Of a DNA stretch of 64,000 nucleotides, positions 1-9,083 are shown piece after piece. The position numbers were made by a program, and so were the translations under genes. Position 1 is the first letter of the stretch. Each line of letters begins with the position of its first letter. This DNA comes from Flavobacteriaceae bacterium (GTDB lineage Bacteria; Bacteroidota; Bacteroidia; Flavobacteriales; Flavobacteriaceae). A model generated the notes under the pieces. That model saw only the letters and a list, made by a program, of their open reading frames with translations, did no database searches and was not told where the DNA came from. The stretch is taken from positions 2,096-66,095 of the forward strand of contig CBFIJI010000002.1 of NCBI GenBank assembly GCA_965662885.1. The letters run 5' to 3'.

Positions 1-714
1 TAGATCCATAAGATAACGATATAACTCCTGTCCTTGTTCTTCAGTCCATTCGGGAATCCATTCCCCATCAAACCATAAAACTGCTGGTTGATATTGGGTT
101 ACTAATTCTGTTAATTGAGGGATAAGAAAATCCTCGCGATAACGATCCCAGTTGGCCGAAGGGTTGTTTTGATGGGAATAGTCTTTAGGAGATTCTGCAT
201 CTGGATGATGCCAATCCATAATGGAATGATAAAAACACAACTTAATACCTGCTTTCTTGCAGGCGTCGGCCAATTCTTTTAAAAGATCCCTTTTAAATGG
301 ACTGGCATCCATAATATCATAGGTGCTGACTTTTGAATCCCATAGGGAAAAACCATCGTGATGTTTTGAGGTAATGACAATGTATTTCATCCCAGCATTT
401 TTAGCAATGGCAACCCATTGCTCAGCATCGAAATAAATAGGATTAAATTGTGTAGCCAGTTGTTCATAATCTTTGATGGGAATGTCTAAAGAATGCATAA
501 TCCATTCGCCGACCCCTCCTTTTTTTACGGTCTGGTTATTCCATTCCCCAGCAGGAAGCGCATAGAGTCCCCAATGGATAAACATTCCAAAAGTTGCTTC
601 TCGCCACCATTCCATGCGTTGATCTTTTTCGTATTGGCTTTCTTGTGCAGCCAAAGGTTGGAAGTCACTAAAACATAACAATAGGGCAACAATAAAAAAT
701 AGATGATTTTTCAT
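1..714 (-). CDS. alpha-L-fucosidase, GH29 family (N-terminal 238 codons; the 3' end runs off the left edge of the window)
   Basis: Absent from the ORF track because no stop codon lies in the window. My reverse-strand translation from the ATG at 714 gives MKNHLFFIVALLLCFSDFQPLAAQESQYEKDQRMEWWREATFGMFIHWGLYALPAGEW...KYIVITSKHHDGFSLWDS. That is a signal peptide followed by the GH29 signatures FGMFIHWG and HHDGFSLW. Confidence 0.8.
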   Translation of the reverse strand, partial: MKNHLFFIVALLLCFSDFQPLAAQESQYEKDQRMEWWREATFGMFIHWGLYALPAGEWNNQTVKKGGVGEWIMHSLDIPIKDYEQLATQFNPIYFDAEQWVAIAKNAGMKYIVITSKHHDGFSLWDSKVSTYDIMDASPFKRDLLKELADACKKAGIKLCFYHSIMDWHHPDAESPKDYSHQNNPSANWDRYREDFLIPQLTELVTQYQPAVLWFDGEWIPEWTEEQGQELYRYLMDL

Positions 715-810
715 GGTGTTCTTTTTCTAAAAATAGTAAAATAAAAAATGCTTGACTGCTCCCTTTGATAAAACATTACTTGCCCCATAAGTTAGGACTC
801 GTTACAATAT

Positions 811-847
811 AAAAAACCCTTTACAAATTTATTTGTAAAGGGTTTTT
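811..847. terminator. Bidirectional rho-independent terminator downstream of tRNA-Phe
   Basis: Perfect inverted repeat ccctttacaaat (817-828) / atttgtaaaggg (831-842), flanked by an A-run (811-816) and a T-run (843-847). On the minus strand it directly follows the tRNA 3' end at 849. Confidence 0.75.
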
Positions 848-848
848 G

Positions 849-921
849 TGGTACCTCCAGGAATCGAACCAGGGACACAAGGATTTTCAGTCCTTTGCTC
901 TACCAACTGAGCTAAGGTACC
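849..921 (-). tRNA. tRNA-Phe (anticodon GAA), 73 nt, CCA not encoded
   Basis: The reverse complement reads GGTACCTTAGCTCAGTTGGTAGAGCAAAGGACTGAAAATCCTTGTGTCCCTGGTTCGATTCCTGGAGGTACCA. It has a 7-bp acceptor stem, D arm GCTC/GAGC, anticodon stem AAGGA/TCCTT with loop CTGAAAA (anticodon GAA), and T-loop TTCGATT. The T stem CCTGG/CCTGG carries one central U.U mismatch (51:63). Confidence 0.9.
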
Positions 922-937
922 TCGCATTAAGCGGTTG

Positions 938-969
938 CAAATATAATCGCCTTTTTATAACCCCGCAAA
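938..969 (-). promoter_or_regulatory. Bacteroidota-type promoter for tRNA-Phe (-7 box TATATTTG, -33 TTG)
   Basis: On the minus strand, TATATTTG (945..938) matches TAnnTTTG exactly. Its final G lies 17 nt upstream of the mature tRNA 5' end. A TTG lies at 968..966, about 20 nt further upstream. Confidence 0.5.
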
Positions 970-1018
970 ACATTTAGACGAATTTCTTTGTAAATTTAGC
1001 ATCCATAAAAAAAAATAA

Positions 1019-1753
1019 ATGCATTTGATCCTAGATTTTGGCAATACACTAATCAAGTGTTTTGTTTTTGATCAACAAAGTGTGGTGTTTAAAAACAGCG
1101 TAAATATCGATGGTTGGCAACAAAATGGTGTTCAAATATTAGAGCGTTTTCCGGGCATCGAAGCCGTTATGATTTCAGATGTTAGTGGTATTACAAAACA
1201 AAATCCTCCAATATTCTTAAGGGAATTACCCCTTTATTATTGCAATTCAACCTTAAAACTCCCTTTTACCAACCATTATAAAACCCCTAAACGTTTGGGT
1301 GCTGACCGAATTGCATTGATGGCTGCTGGAGCTCTCTTACATCCTACAGAAGATCTTTTGGTCATTGACTTAGGAACCTGTATTACTTATGATTTTAAGG
1401 ATAAAAACAATAATTTTTTTGGGGGTGCCATAGCTCCTGGTTTTTCCATGCGTTATAAAAGCCTTCATGAAAAAACGGGACAACTTCCTGATTTGGAACC
1501 CAAACATCCAGAGCATTGGATTGGAAATACTACTGAAAATGCCATTCATTCAGGTGTTTATTTTGGTATTATTTCTGAAATTGAAGGTCAAATAGCACTT
1601 TATCAAAAAAAATATGGAGATTTAACAGTAATTTTGGTTGGTGGAGATGCAGAAAGGTTGTCTAAACCATTAAAAAATAGCATATTTGCCCATTCGAATT
1701 TTTTAGCCATTGGCTTAAATTACATCCTAGAACTCAATAAATCCGAATGGTAA
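1019..1753 (+). CDS. coaX: type III pantothenate kinase
   Basis: 244 aa with the N-terminal LILDFGNTLIK actin-fold phosphate motif. It also has GADR and GGDA motifs typical of CoaX. Confidence 0.85.
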   Translation: MHLILDFGNTLIKCFVFDQQSVVFKNSVNIDGWQQNGVQILERFPGIEAVMISDVSGITKQNPPIFLRELPLYYCNSTLKLPFTNHYKTPKRLGADRIALMAAGALLHPTEDLLVIDLGTCITYDFKDKNNNFFGGAIAPGFSMRYKSLHEKTGQLPDLEPKHPEHWIGNTTENAIHSGVYFGIISEIEGQIALYQKKYGDLTVILVGGDAERLSKPLKNSIFAHSNFLAIGLNYILELNKSEW

Positions 1754-3003
1754 AACACGGTACTCTAATAGCGATTCTTTTCTTTTCTTTATTTTCCTTT
1801 GCGCAAAATGGAACGGGATCCCCATACTCCTTTAGTGGACTTGGTGAAAACACTTTTAAAGGAAATCAAATCAATCGTTTTATGGGCGGGGTGGACATCT
1901 ACAATGATTCCATACATGCCAATTTAAAAAATCCTGCTAGTTATGGCACATTGAAAATGACGAATTATGCCTTAGGGATAAATTATCGTTCCAATCAATT
2001 GTCTGGAGTGGAAGGTGAAGCCAATGTGACTACTGCCTCCATTGACTACTTGGCGGTTGGAATTCCTACCAAAAAATTTGGATTTGGATTTGGATTGATT
2101 CCTTATTCATCCTTAGGATATCGAGTTGAATCATTAAACGAAACAGAAACTCCAAGTAAGCTCAATCGCTTTGATGGAAGTGGGGGTATCAACCAGGTGT
2201 TTTTTTCCGTAGGTTTTCCACTTTTTAAATACCTTACTTTAGGAGCGACATTTAATTATAATTTTGGAAATCTTACCTATAGAAACTCTCAATTTATTGA
2301 TGAGGTTGATCTGGGTACTTTCCTGACCAGTCAATCCAGTGTCTCTGGATTGAGTTATCAATTTTCAACGAATTTAACACTACCACTTAAAAGGGGATAT
2401 GAACTAACCGCCATGTTTTCTTATACTCCTGAAAACATGCTTGAATCTAAAAATCAGCAGGCCTATTTTACGCAGTCTCTTTTGGGGAATTCGCTGGCAG
2501 ATGCAGAAGAAATTGATTTATCAGTTTCAGGTTTAGACCAAACGGAACTGTCGCTGTCCGAGTCAATCAGTTATGGAATAGGAATTGGAAAACCCAAAAA
2601 ATGGTTCCTCGGTGTGCAACAAAATTTAAAAAAATCGGCTAATTTTAACAACGAGTTCGTTGAATTGAATAATGTAAGTTATGCCAATGGAAATCAACTT
2701 TCTGTGGGAGGGTTTTTTATACCTAATTTCAGTTCGTTAACCAGTTACTGGAAAAGAGCAGTATATCGTTTTGGTTTTCGAACAGAGCAGACAGGGGTTT
2801 TAGTCAATAACAGTGAAATTACTGACTTTGGCATATCTTTTGGAGTTGGTTTACCAATGACTGGCTTGTCCAATACAAATATTGGTTTTGAAATTGGTAA
2901 AAAGGAAACCGATAATAACGCTTTAGTTCAAGAGACATATTGGACGCTGCGTGTCGGTTTTTCGTTAAATGATTTGTGGTTTATAAAGAGAAAATACAAC
3001 TAA
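1747..3003 (+). CDS. outer-membrane beta-barrel protein of unknown function (porin/FadL-like)
   Basis: Signal peptide (..FSFAQ), an N-terminal SPYSFSGLGE motif and an amphipathic beta-strand pattern throughout. The ATG overlaps the coaX stop (ATGGTAA). Confidence 0.6.
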   Translation: MVKHGTLIAILFFSLFSFAQNGTGSPYSFSGLGENTFKGNQINRFMGGVDIYNDSIHANLKNPASYGTLKMTNYALGINYRSNQLSGVEGEANVTTASIDYLAVGIPTKKFGFGFGLIPYSSLGYRVESLNETETPSKLNRFDGSGGINQVFFSVGFPLFKYLTLGATFNYNFGNLTYRNSQFIDEVDLGTFLTSQSSVSGLSYQFSTNLTLPLKRGYELTAMFSYTPENMLESKNQQAYFTQSLLGNSLADAEEIDLSVSGLDQTELSLSESISYGIGIGKPKKWFLGVQQNLKKSANFNNEFVELNNVSYANGNQLSVGGFFIPNFSSLTSYWKRAVYRFGFRTEQTGVLVNNSEITDFGISFGVGLPMTGLSNTNIGFEIGKKETDNNALVQETYWTLRVGFSLNDLWFIKRKYN

Positions 3004-3013
3004 AAGTGCTATT

Positions 3014-4399
3014 ATGAGAAGATTAAAAATGTTAATGACCATTCTTTTTTTGATATTTACGAGTCAAATAAGTTATGGTCAATTTAGTCCAGAGTGTGCG
3101 CAAAATCTTTCGATTTTCGCAGAATTTGCAAAAGTAAAAAATTACGATTCAGCCTATGAGCCTTGGATGGCTGTTCGGGAAGCCTGTCCAAAAATGAATG
3201 CAGCCATCTTTACCTATGGTGAGCGTATTTTGAAAGATAGAATTAAAAGAGAAATTGACACCGAAGCTTCCAAGCAAGACCTGTTAAAACTCTATGACGA
3301 ATGGGCAGAGAATTTCCCCTCTCGAAAAGGTGTGAGTCGGCTTGGTGATATTATCAGTAGAAAGGCACAAGCCATGTTGGATTATAAAACAGCTGACTTA
3401 AAAACCATCTACAATACCTATGACCAGGCTTATACGACCGATGCTACAAGTTTTAAAAATCCAAAACTTTTGTACAACTACTTTAAAACAATGTACGACC
3501 GCTACAAGCAAGGGGATGCTGAGGTAACTACTGAACTTTTGTTTAATAAATATGAAGAAGTTTCAGAAAAGTTTGAATTAGAAAGTGTGAATTTATCTAA
3601 AAGATTAGATGTCATTCTTAAAAAAGAAGAAGCTGGAACACCACTTACAAGTCGTGAGACCAAAAATAAAAGGGTTTATGGTGTTAATTCAAATGCCATT
3701 GGAACCTTTCTTTCTAACCTTAATGCAATCATAGCGAAAGAGGCGACTTGTGAAAATTTAATTCCACTTTATCAAAGAAATTTTGAAGAAAATAAAATGG
3801 ATCCCATTTGGTTAAAGCGTGCCGCTAGTCGAATGGATAGTAAAGAATGTTCTGATGATCCTTTCTTTGTTACCTTGGTAGAAGCGCTTCATAATCTTGA
3901 CCCTTCTGCAGATTCCGCGTACTACCTTGGATTACTAAATGATAAAAAAGGTAACAGTAATGAAGCCTTAGAATATTATGAAGAATCAATTGAACTAGAA
4001 ACAGACAATTATAAAAAAGCAAAGATTCTTTTTAAAATTGCGACTAAGTTTAAAAATGCAGGAAGAAAATCATCGGCAAGATCATACGCACAAAAAGCGT
4101 TAAATTTTCAACCTTCTATGGGACGCGCTTATATCTTAATTTCATCGCTCTATGCCAGTAGTGCTAATGACTGCGGAGATACACAATTCAACAAACGTGC
4201 AGTGTATTGGTTAGCAGCCGATGTTGCTAGAAAAGCAGGTAGAGTAGATGCATCCCTTAAATCATTTGCTAATAAAACTGCGGCAAGTTATGTGGGAAGA
4301 GCCCCAAGTAAAACAGATATCTTTACAGAAGGTAACGAAGGGGCAACCATCAAATTTAACTGTTGGATCAACACCAGTATTACGGTTCCAAAATTATAA
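3014..4399 (+). CDS. secreted helical-repeat (TPR-like) protein
   Basis: Signal peptide (..ISYGQ). TPR-like segments are present in the C-terminal half (AYYLGLLNDKKGNSNEALEYYEESIELE, ARSYAQKALNFQPSMGRAY). The stop abuts the next ATG (TAAATG). Confidence 0.6.
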   Translation: MRRLKMLMTILFLIFTSQISYGQFSPECAQNLSIFAEFAKVKNYDSAYEPWMAVREACPKMNAAIFTYGERILKDRIKREIDTEASKQDLLKLYDEWAENFPSRKGVSRLGDIISRKAQAMLDYKTADLKTIYNTYDQAYTTDATSFKNPKLLYNYFKTMYDRYKQGDAEVTTELLFNKYEEVSEKFELESVNLSKRLDVILKKEEAGTPLTSRETKNKRVYGVNSNAIGTFLSNLNAIIAKEATCENLIPLYQRNFEENKMDPIWLKRAASRMDSKECSDDPFFVTLVEALHNLDPSADSAYYLGLLNDKKGNSNEALEYYEESIELETDNYKKAKILFKIATKFKNAGRKSSARSYAQKALNFQPSMGRAYILISSLYASSANDCGDTQFNKRAVYWLAADVARKAGRVDASLKSFANKTAASYVGRAPSKTDIFTEGNEGATIKFNCWINTSITVPKL

Positions 4400-4969
4400 A
4401 TGAAAAAAAAATATCCTAACATATTTTATGGGGTTATAGCATTTGCTGTAACCCTATTTTTTTCATGTGAAGATAATTCAAAGGCTTTATCAGAAATCAA
4501 TTTTGACAGTCAGGATCCCGTTGGAACAGCGACAAAAATTCGAATGGTTTATACCGATTCTGCCAAAGTCCAAGCAATATTAACGGCTCCAATCCATATT
4601 GATTACAACAACTTAAGTTTTCAATATTCTGAATTTCCAGAAGGGCTTAAGGTTGTTTTTTTTGACGATGAAGGTAACCAAAACGAAGTCTTAGCCAATT
4701 ATGGTGTGATATATGAAGCAACCCAACTTGTTGATCTAAAAGGGAATGTCCGTTTGATTTCTCACGACGGTTCCATTTTAACGACTCAACAACTTTATTG
4801 GGATTCGGCACAAGAATGGCTCTTTACTGAGGAACCCTTTACTTTTGAAGATAAAGACTACAATTTCGATGCAGTCCGATTGGATACCAACAAAGATTTT
4901 AGTAAATTTCAAACAGGAAAGCTCATTGGAACGGTTGTCGTTTCCACAGAAAATGACTCTATTCCTTAA
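4400..4969 (+). CDS. lptC: LPS export periplasmic protein LptC-like lipoprotein
   Basis: 189 aa with a lipoprotein signal (LFFSCED). The size and all-beta character match Bacteroidota LptC. The call is from memory of the family, not from a search. Confidence 0.55.
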   Translation: MKKKYPNIFYGVIAFAVTLFFSCEDNSKALSEINFDSQDPVGTATKIRMVYTDSAKVQAILTAPIHIDYNNLSFQYSEFPEGLKVVFFDDEGNQNEVLANYGVIYEATQLVDLKGNVRLISHDGSILTTQQLYWDSAQEWLFTEEPFTFEDKDYNFDAVRLDTNKDFSKFQTGKLIGTVVVSTENDSIP

Positions 4970-4977
4970 ATTTAATT

Positions 4978-5169
4978 ATGAGAAAATATCCTATTTCAGA
5001 AGTCCTTTATTGGGTGATCGCTGTTGTTTCTATTTATGAGACCTTTTCCATTTGGAACAGTAATCGTCAAAAAGCCTTTATTTTTATCGGTTTTGCAGTC
5101 ATTTCTATTTTTATGGCACTCTTCCGAAGACATTACCGTATAAAATTCAATAAACGAAGCGAGGATTAA
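4978..5169 (+). CDS. small two-helix membrane protein
   Basis: 63 aa with two hydrophobic helices (VLYWVIAVVSIY, AFIFIGFAVISIFMALF). The stop overlaps the next start (TAATG at 5167-5171), which suggests translational coupling. Confidence 0.5.
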   Translation: MRKYPISEVLYWVIAVVSIYETFSIWNSNRQKAFIFIGFAVISIFMALFRRHYRIKFNKRSED

Positions 5170-6431
5170 TGATAATCACCGACTTGGTTATTCTAATTTG
5201 CTTGACACTTTCGGCTTTCTTCTCCGGAATGGAAATTGCCTTTATTTCTTCCAATAGGATTTTTTTAGAAATTGAAAAACAACAAGCTGGACTGACATCA
5301 AAAGTATTAAAAAGCATTACTCAAAATCCCTCCAGATTTATTGCAACCATGCTATTAGGAAACAATATTTCCTTAGTCATTTATGGGATTTTTATGGGAG
5401 AACGCATCTTAGAACTTTTTTTCCCACAAACAGATGGAGGCTTGTTAATGGTATTCTATCAAACGTTGATTTCCACTGGAATTATTTTATTAACCGCTGA
5501 ATTCCTTCCTAAGGTTTTTTTTCAAATCTACGCAAACACCTTCATTAAGATATTTGCTATTCCAGTTGCTTTTTTTTACTACGCTTTTATGCCCTTAACG
5601 CATTTGACAATTCAACTGACCGATGGTATTTTAAAACGTTTTTTTAAAACTCAAAATGACCGTGTTCAACTCTCTTTTTCAAAAATTGAGTTGGGTAATT
5701 ATATTGAGGAGCAGTTAGAATTCACCCAAGACAAAGAAAATATCGATTCTGAAATTCAAATTTTTCAAAATGCCCTTGAATTTTCAGAAGTGAAGGCAAG
5801 GGAGGCAATGGTTCCCCGAGCTGAAATTATTGCTGTAGAAAAAGACACTGCCTTGGAGGAGGTCAAAGCCTTGTTTATGTCCACAGGCTTTTCTAAAATA
5901 CCTGTTTATCAAGAGAATATTGACGATATTATCGGCTATATACATGCCTTTGAAATGTTCCGTAAACCTAAAAACACACAAAGTATTCTATTACCTGTGA
6001 CCTTTGTTCCAGAAACGATCAGAATTAATGAATTGTTAAAGTTGTTGACCCGGCAACATAAAAGTATGGCGGTAGTTCTTGATGAATATGGAGGGACTTC
6101 AGGTATTGTAACTGTTGAGGATATCGTCGAAGAACTTTTTGGAGAAATTCAAGATGAACACGATACCATTGACCATTTTGAAAAACAAATCACTGAAAAT
6201 GAGTATGAGTTTTCGGCACGACTAGAAATTGACTATCTCAACCAGGCCTATGATTTAAATCTTCCAGAGTCTGAATTTTATGAAACTTTAGGGGGTTTTA
6301 TTGCATTCAATACTGGAGAAATTCCCACGACTGGTGAACAACTCAATATTGAAAATTTTGAGATCACCATAAAAGAAGTTAGTGCCACAAAAATTGAACG
6401 CCTCCGACTAAAAATCAAAAATAAAGATTAA
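5169..6431 (+). CDS. CNNM/HlyC-CorC family membrane protein (DUF21 + CBS pair + CorC_HlyC)
   Basis: 420 aa with four N-terminal TM helices, then a CBS pair (REAMVPRAEIIAV ... FSKIPVY ... MAVVLDEYGGTSGIVTVEDIVEE) and a C-terminal transporter-associated domain. It has the same architecture as GldE, but nothing here identifies it as gldE. Confidence 0.8.
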   Translation: MIITDLVILICLTLSAFFSGMEIAFISSNRIFLEIEKQQAGLTSKVLKSITQNPSRFIATMLLGNNISLVIYGIFMGERILELFFPQTDGGLLMVFYQTLISTGIILLTAEFLPKVFFQIYANTFIKIFAIPVAFFYYAFMPLTHLTIQLTDGILKRFFKTQNDRVQLSFSKIELGNYIEEQLEFTQDKENIDSEIQIFQNALEFSEVKAREAMVPRAEIIAVEKDTALEEVKALFMSTGFSKIPVYQENIDDIIGYIHAFEMFRKPKNTQSILLPVTFVPETIRINELLKLLTRQHKSMAVVLDEYGGTSGIVTVEDIVEELFGEIQDEHDTIDHFEKQITENEYEFSARLEIDYLNQAYDLNLPESEFYETLGGFIAFNTGEIPTTGEQLNIENFEITIKEVSATKIERLRLKIKNKD

Positions 6432-6542
6432 AATAGCGGAGGAGATTTCCCATTAGAACTTCTTGTAAATTTTTTCATTTACATACCCTTTCTTAATTCG
6501 TTGGAATAGCTTAATTTCGCAAACTATCAATAAAGATGCACT

Positions 6543-8657
6543 ATGGCAGTTTTAGGAAAAATTAGACAACGATCCATCTTCTTAATTTTAGTAATTGGGA
6601 TGGCTTTGTTTGCATTTGTAATATCAGGAGTCTTTGGAAATAACAATGCCTCTTCAGGTCCCGATGACCCCTTAGCAACTATTAACGATGAAGAGATTGA
6701 TGTTCTTCTCTTTCGTCAAATGGTTGAACAAACAGAACGTAACACAAACTACAGCACATTACAGTCCGTTGACCTAGTGTGGAATCAAATGCTCAGGAGT
6801 ACAATTCTAGAACAAGAATTCGAAAAATTAGGAATCGATGCTGGAAAGGAGCAATTAGAACAAATTATTTCATCAAATGATTCTTTCGTAAATGATCCAC
6901 GATTCCAAAATGAAACGGGATTTTTTGATTTTGGAATTTTTATGGATTTTATTGCTCAGTTAAAATTAGAAAATCCTCAAGCTTACGATTCTTGGAAACT
7001 TCAAGAGAGTAACTTGGTTGGGGTTGCCAAACAAAATATTTACTTTGATTTAATTAAGGCGAGTACATTACCAACTGAGGTGGAAGCAAAAGCGTCCTAC
7101 CATTTGGAGAATGATAATGTCAACATCAAATATGTTCAAGTTCCTTACACTTTCATTAATGATAGTTTAGTTACTGTTTCTGATAGAGAGATTAAAAAAT
7201 ACATCAACGATCATAAAGACTTGTATGAAAGAGAGGCTTCACGAAACATCCAATTTGTTCTTTTTGAAGAACTAGCAACAGAAGAGGATGAAGAAGACAT
7301 TCGCTTACAATTAGAAGCTTTAAAAGACGAACGAATTGCATATAACGATGTTTCCAAGTTAACCGACACTTTGGAAGGTTTAAAAACGACCAAAAACATC
7401 ACTGAATTTGTTGCAACTTATTCAGACGTAGCCTTTGATTCTATTTATCGTCCTAAAGGAGGATTGGCCAATGAGTATGCTGAAATTCTTTTTGGACTCT
7501 CCAAAGGGGAAGTCTTTGGTCCTTACAAAGACGGATCAAAATATAAGATTTCTCGCTTTATCGATCGAAAAGACAATGCTAATATCCGAGCAAGTCATAT
7601 TTTAATTGCTTACGAAGGAGCTTCGAGAGCCCCCGGAACAGTAACAATAAGTAAAGAAGAAGCTAAGAGAAAAGCCAACCAATTACTCCGTGAAGCGCGC
7701 CGTAATCCTGATGACTTTGCTCGCTTGGCCAGAGAAAATTCTGACGGGCCAACCAAAAATAGAGGAGGGGATTTAGGATTTTTTCAAGAAGGCTTAATGG
7801 CTCCTGAATTTTTTGAATTTTGTAATAAAAATAAAGTCAATCAATTGGGTGTTGTTGAAACAGAATTCGGTTTCCACCTTATAAAAATTACCGACAAAGA
7901 AGATTTAGCATTAATTGCTGATGTTTCAGCAGCAATCATTCCTTCAGAAAAAACGTCAAATGAAATTTTCCGTAAAGCAACTCAATTTGAAATTGATAGT
8001 GCTAATGAAGGAGACTTCATTGCATCTGCCGAAAAAATTGATGCGAAAGTTCGACCTGCCAATAACATCACCATTATGGAAGAAAGCCTTCCTGGCTTGG
8101 TTCGTCAACGAAATATTGTACAGTGGGCATATGAGTCAGGTACTGATGTTGGAGACATTAAACGCTTTAATTTAAGTTCCGGTGGCTATGTAGTTGTACA
8201 ACTCACACAAAAAAAACCAAAAGGGCTTGCATCAATAAATGAAGCCCGTTTTCCAATTACTCAAATTTTATTAAAAGAAAAAAAGACGGCCCTAATTAAA
8301 GAACAGTTGGCAGGACTATCGACTCTTGAAGCTTTGGCAGAAAAGGAAGATTTTACAATAGAAACTGCTTCGGCAATCAATCAGAAAAATCCGATAATAG
8401 TTGGAGCTGGAAATGAACCTCATGTTGTTGGTGTCGCTTTTGGGATGGATGTTGACCAAACCTCTGGACTGATACAAGGCAATAACGGCGTTTATAAAAT
8501 ACAGTTAACGCAAAAAACAGTGGTTCCAGACCTTGAAACCTATACTAATTACGCTAAATTATTGCGGCAACAACAGAATACTAAATTAGCAGAAGCAGTA
8601 TATAATGCTTTGAAGAAAACATCTTCCATTGAAGATAACAGAGCACTTTATTACTAA
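6543..8657 (+). CDS. ppiD: PpiD/SurA-like periplasmic peptidyl-prolyl isomerase chaperone
   Basis: 704 aa with an N-terminal membrane anchor. It contains a parvulin domain (ASHILIAYEG...GGDLGFF...EFGFHLIKITD). Confidence 0.75.
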   Translation: MAVLGKIRQRSIFLILVIGMALFAFVISGVFGNNNASSGPDDPLATINDEEIDVLLFRQMVEQTERNTNYSTLQSVDLVWNQMLRSTILEQEFEKLGIDAGKEQLEQIISSNDSFVNDPRFQNETGFFDFGIFMDFIAQLKLENPQAYDSWKLQESNLVGVAKQNIYFDLIKASTLPTEVEAKASYHLENDNVNIKYVQVPYTFINDSLVTVSDREIKKYINDHKDLYEREASRNIQFVLFEELATEEDEEDIRLQLEALKDERIAYNDVSKLTDTLEGLKTTKNITEFVATYSDVAFDSIYRPKGGLANEYAEILFGLSKGEVFGPYKDGSKYKISRFIDRKDNANIRASHILIAYEGASRAPGTVTISKEEAKRKANQLLREARRNPDDFARLARENSDGPTKNRGGDLGFFQEGLMAPEFFEFCNKNKVNQLGVVETEFGFHLIKITDKEDLALIADVSAAIIPSEKTSNEIFRKATQFEIDSANEGDFIASAEKIDAKVRPANNITIMEESLPGLVRQRNIVQWAYESGTDVGDIKRFNLSSGGYVVVQLTQKKPKGLASINEARFPITQILLKEKKTALIKEQLAGLSTLEALAEKEDFTIETASAINQKNPIIVGAGNEPHVVGVAFGMDVDQTSGLIQGNNGVYKIQLTQKTVVPDLETYTNYAKLLRQQQNTKLAEAVYNALKKTSSIEDNRALYY

Positions 8658-8673
8658 AAATTTCGTCAAACCC

Positions 8674-8705
8674 AAAAAAAAGACCGATATATTCGGTCTT
8701 TTTTA
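8674..8705 (+). terminator. rho-independent terminator after ppiD
   Basis: aaaaaaaagaccga-tatat-tcggtctttttt. The stem is agaccga (8681-8687) / tcggtct (8693-8699), followed by a T-run. Confidence 0.8.
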
Positions 8706-8711
8706 GTTTAA

Positions 8712-8727
8712 TGGCATGGTCTTTGCT
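8712..8727 (+). promoter_or_regulatory. candidate sigma-54 (-24/-12) promoter
   Basis: TGGCATGGTCTTTGCT compared with the consensus TGGCACGrNNNTTGCW. GG (8713-14) and GC (8725-26) are spaced as in the consensus, and the only specified mismatch is C->T. The GC doublet lies 33 nt upstream of the ATG at 8759. Confidence 0.55.
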
Positions 8728-8758
8728 TTGAAGTGGTAGAATTTAAATTATTTGCCCT

Positions 8759-9076
8759 ATGCATAAAATTCTATCTCCATTAAAATACATCTTAGCAAGA
8801 AAGCTTCAAAATACCCAATGGAGATGTGATCCAAGTAGTGAAGCAACGGCAGAATTTTACCAATTGAATTTCATCGATTCTAGTAAAGTAAAAGGGTATT
8901 CAAAATCTTTTGATGAAGTTGAAGCACAACTTATGTTCAATGCAAATTTCTTTTTTAAAAGTAAAACGATCATTCAATTTTTTAATGCGGACGAATCTTT
9001 TACGGCGCATTTAGACGATGAATATACGCTTACGGCAACTATTGATGATGAAACCCTTATTTTTAAAAAGCAGTAG
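8759..9076 (+). CDS. hypothetical cytoplasmic protein, 105 aa
   Basis: Only an ORF and its position support this: it follows a terminator and a candidate sigma-54 promoter. It has no TM segment, no signal peptide and no motif I recognise. Confidence 0.5.
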   Translation: MHKILSPLKYILARKLQNTQWRCDPSSEATAEFYQLNFIDSSKVKGYSKSFDEVEAQLMFNANFFFKSKTIIQFFNADESFTAHLDDEYTLTATIDDETLIFKKQ

Positions 9077-9083
9077 GCTTCTT

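Noticed and set aside
493-678. A 61-aa plus-strand ORF lies at the left edge.
   Set aside because: It lies antisense inside the GH29 fucosidase gene. That gene is missing from the ORF track only because it lacks a stop in the window.
849-921. The U51.U63 mismatch in the T stem could indicate a pseudo-tRNA.
   Set aside because: All other stems, the conserved D- and T-loop residues, the promoter and the terminator are canonical. A single internal T-stem mismatch is tolerated in functional tRNAs.
4403-4411. An A9 homopolymer lies in codons 2-4 of lptC (with similar A8/T9 runs at 8213, 38890 and 60843). These could be slipped-strand phase-variation sites.
   Set aside because: Lys-rich AAA runs of this length are expected by composition in such an AT-rich genome. 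They occur here in essential housekeeping contexts, and there is no supporting evidence.
5169-6431. The CNNM/CBS/CorC protein could be the gliding gene gldE.
   Set aside because: The architecture is shared by non-motility paralogs. As I recall it, in F. johnsoniae gldE sits next to gldD, and no gldD-like gene is adjacent here. The sequence alone cannot decide, so I made only the family-level call.
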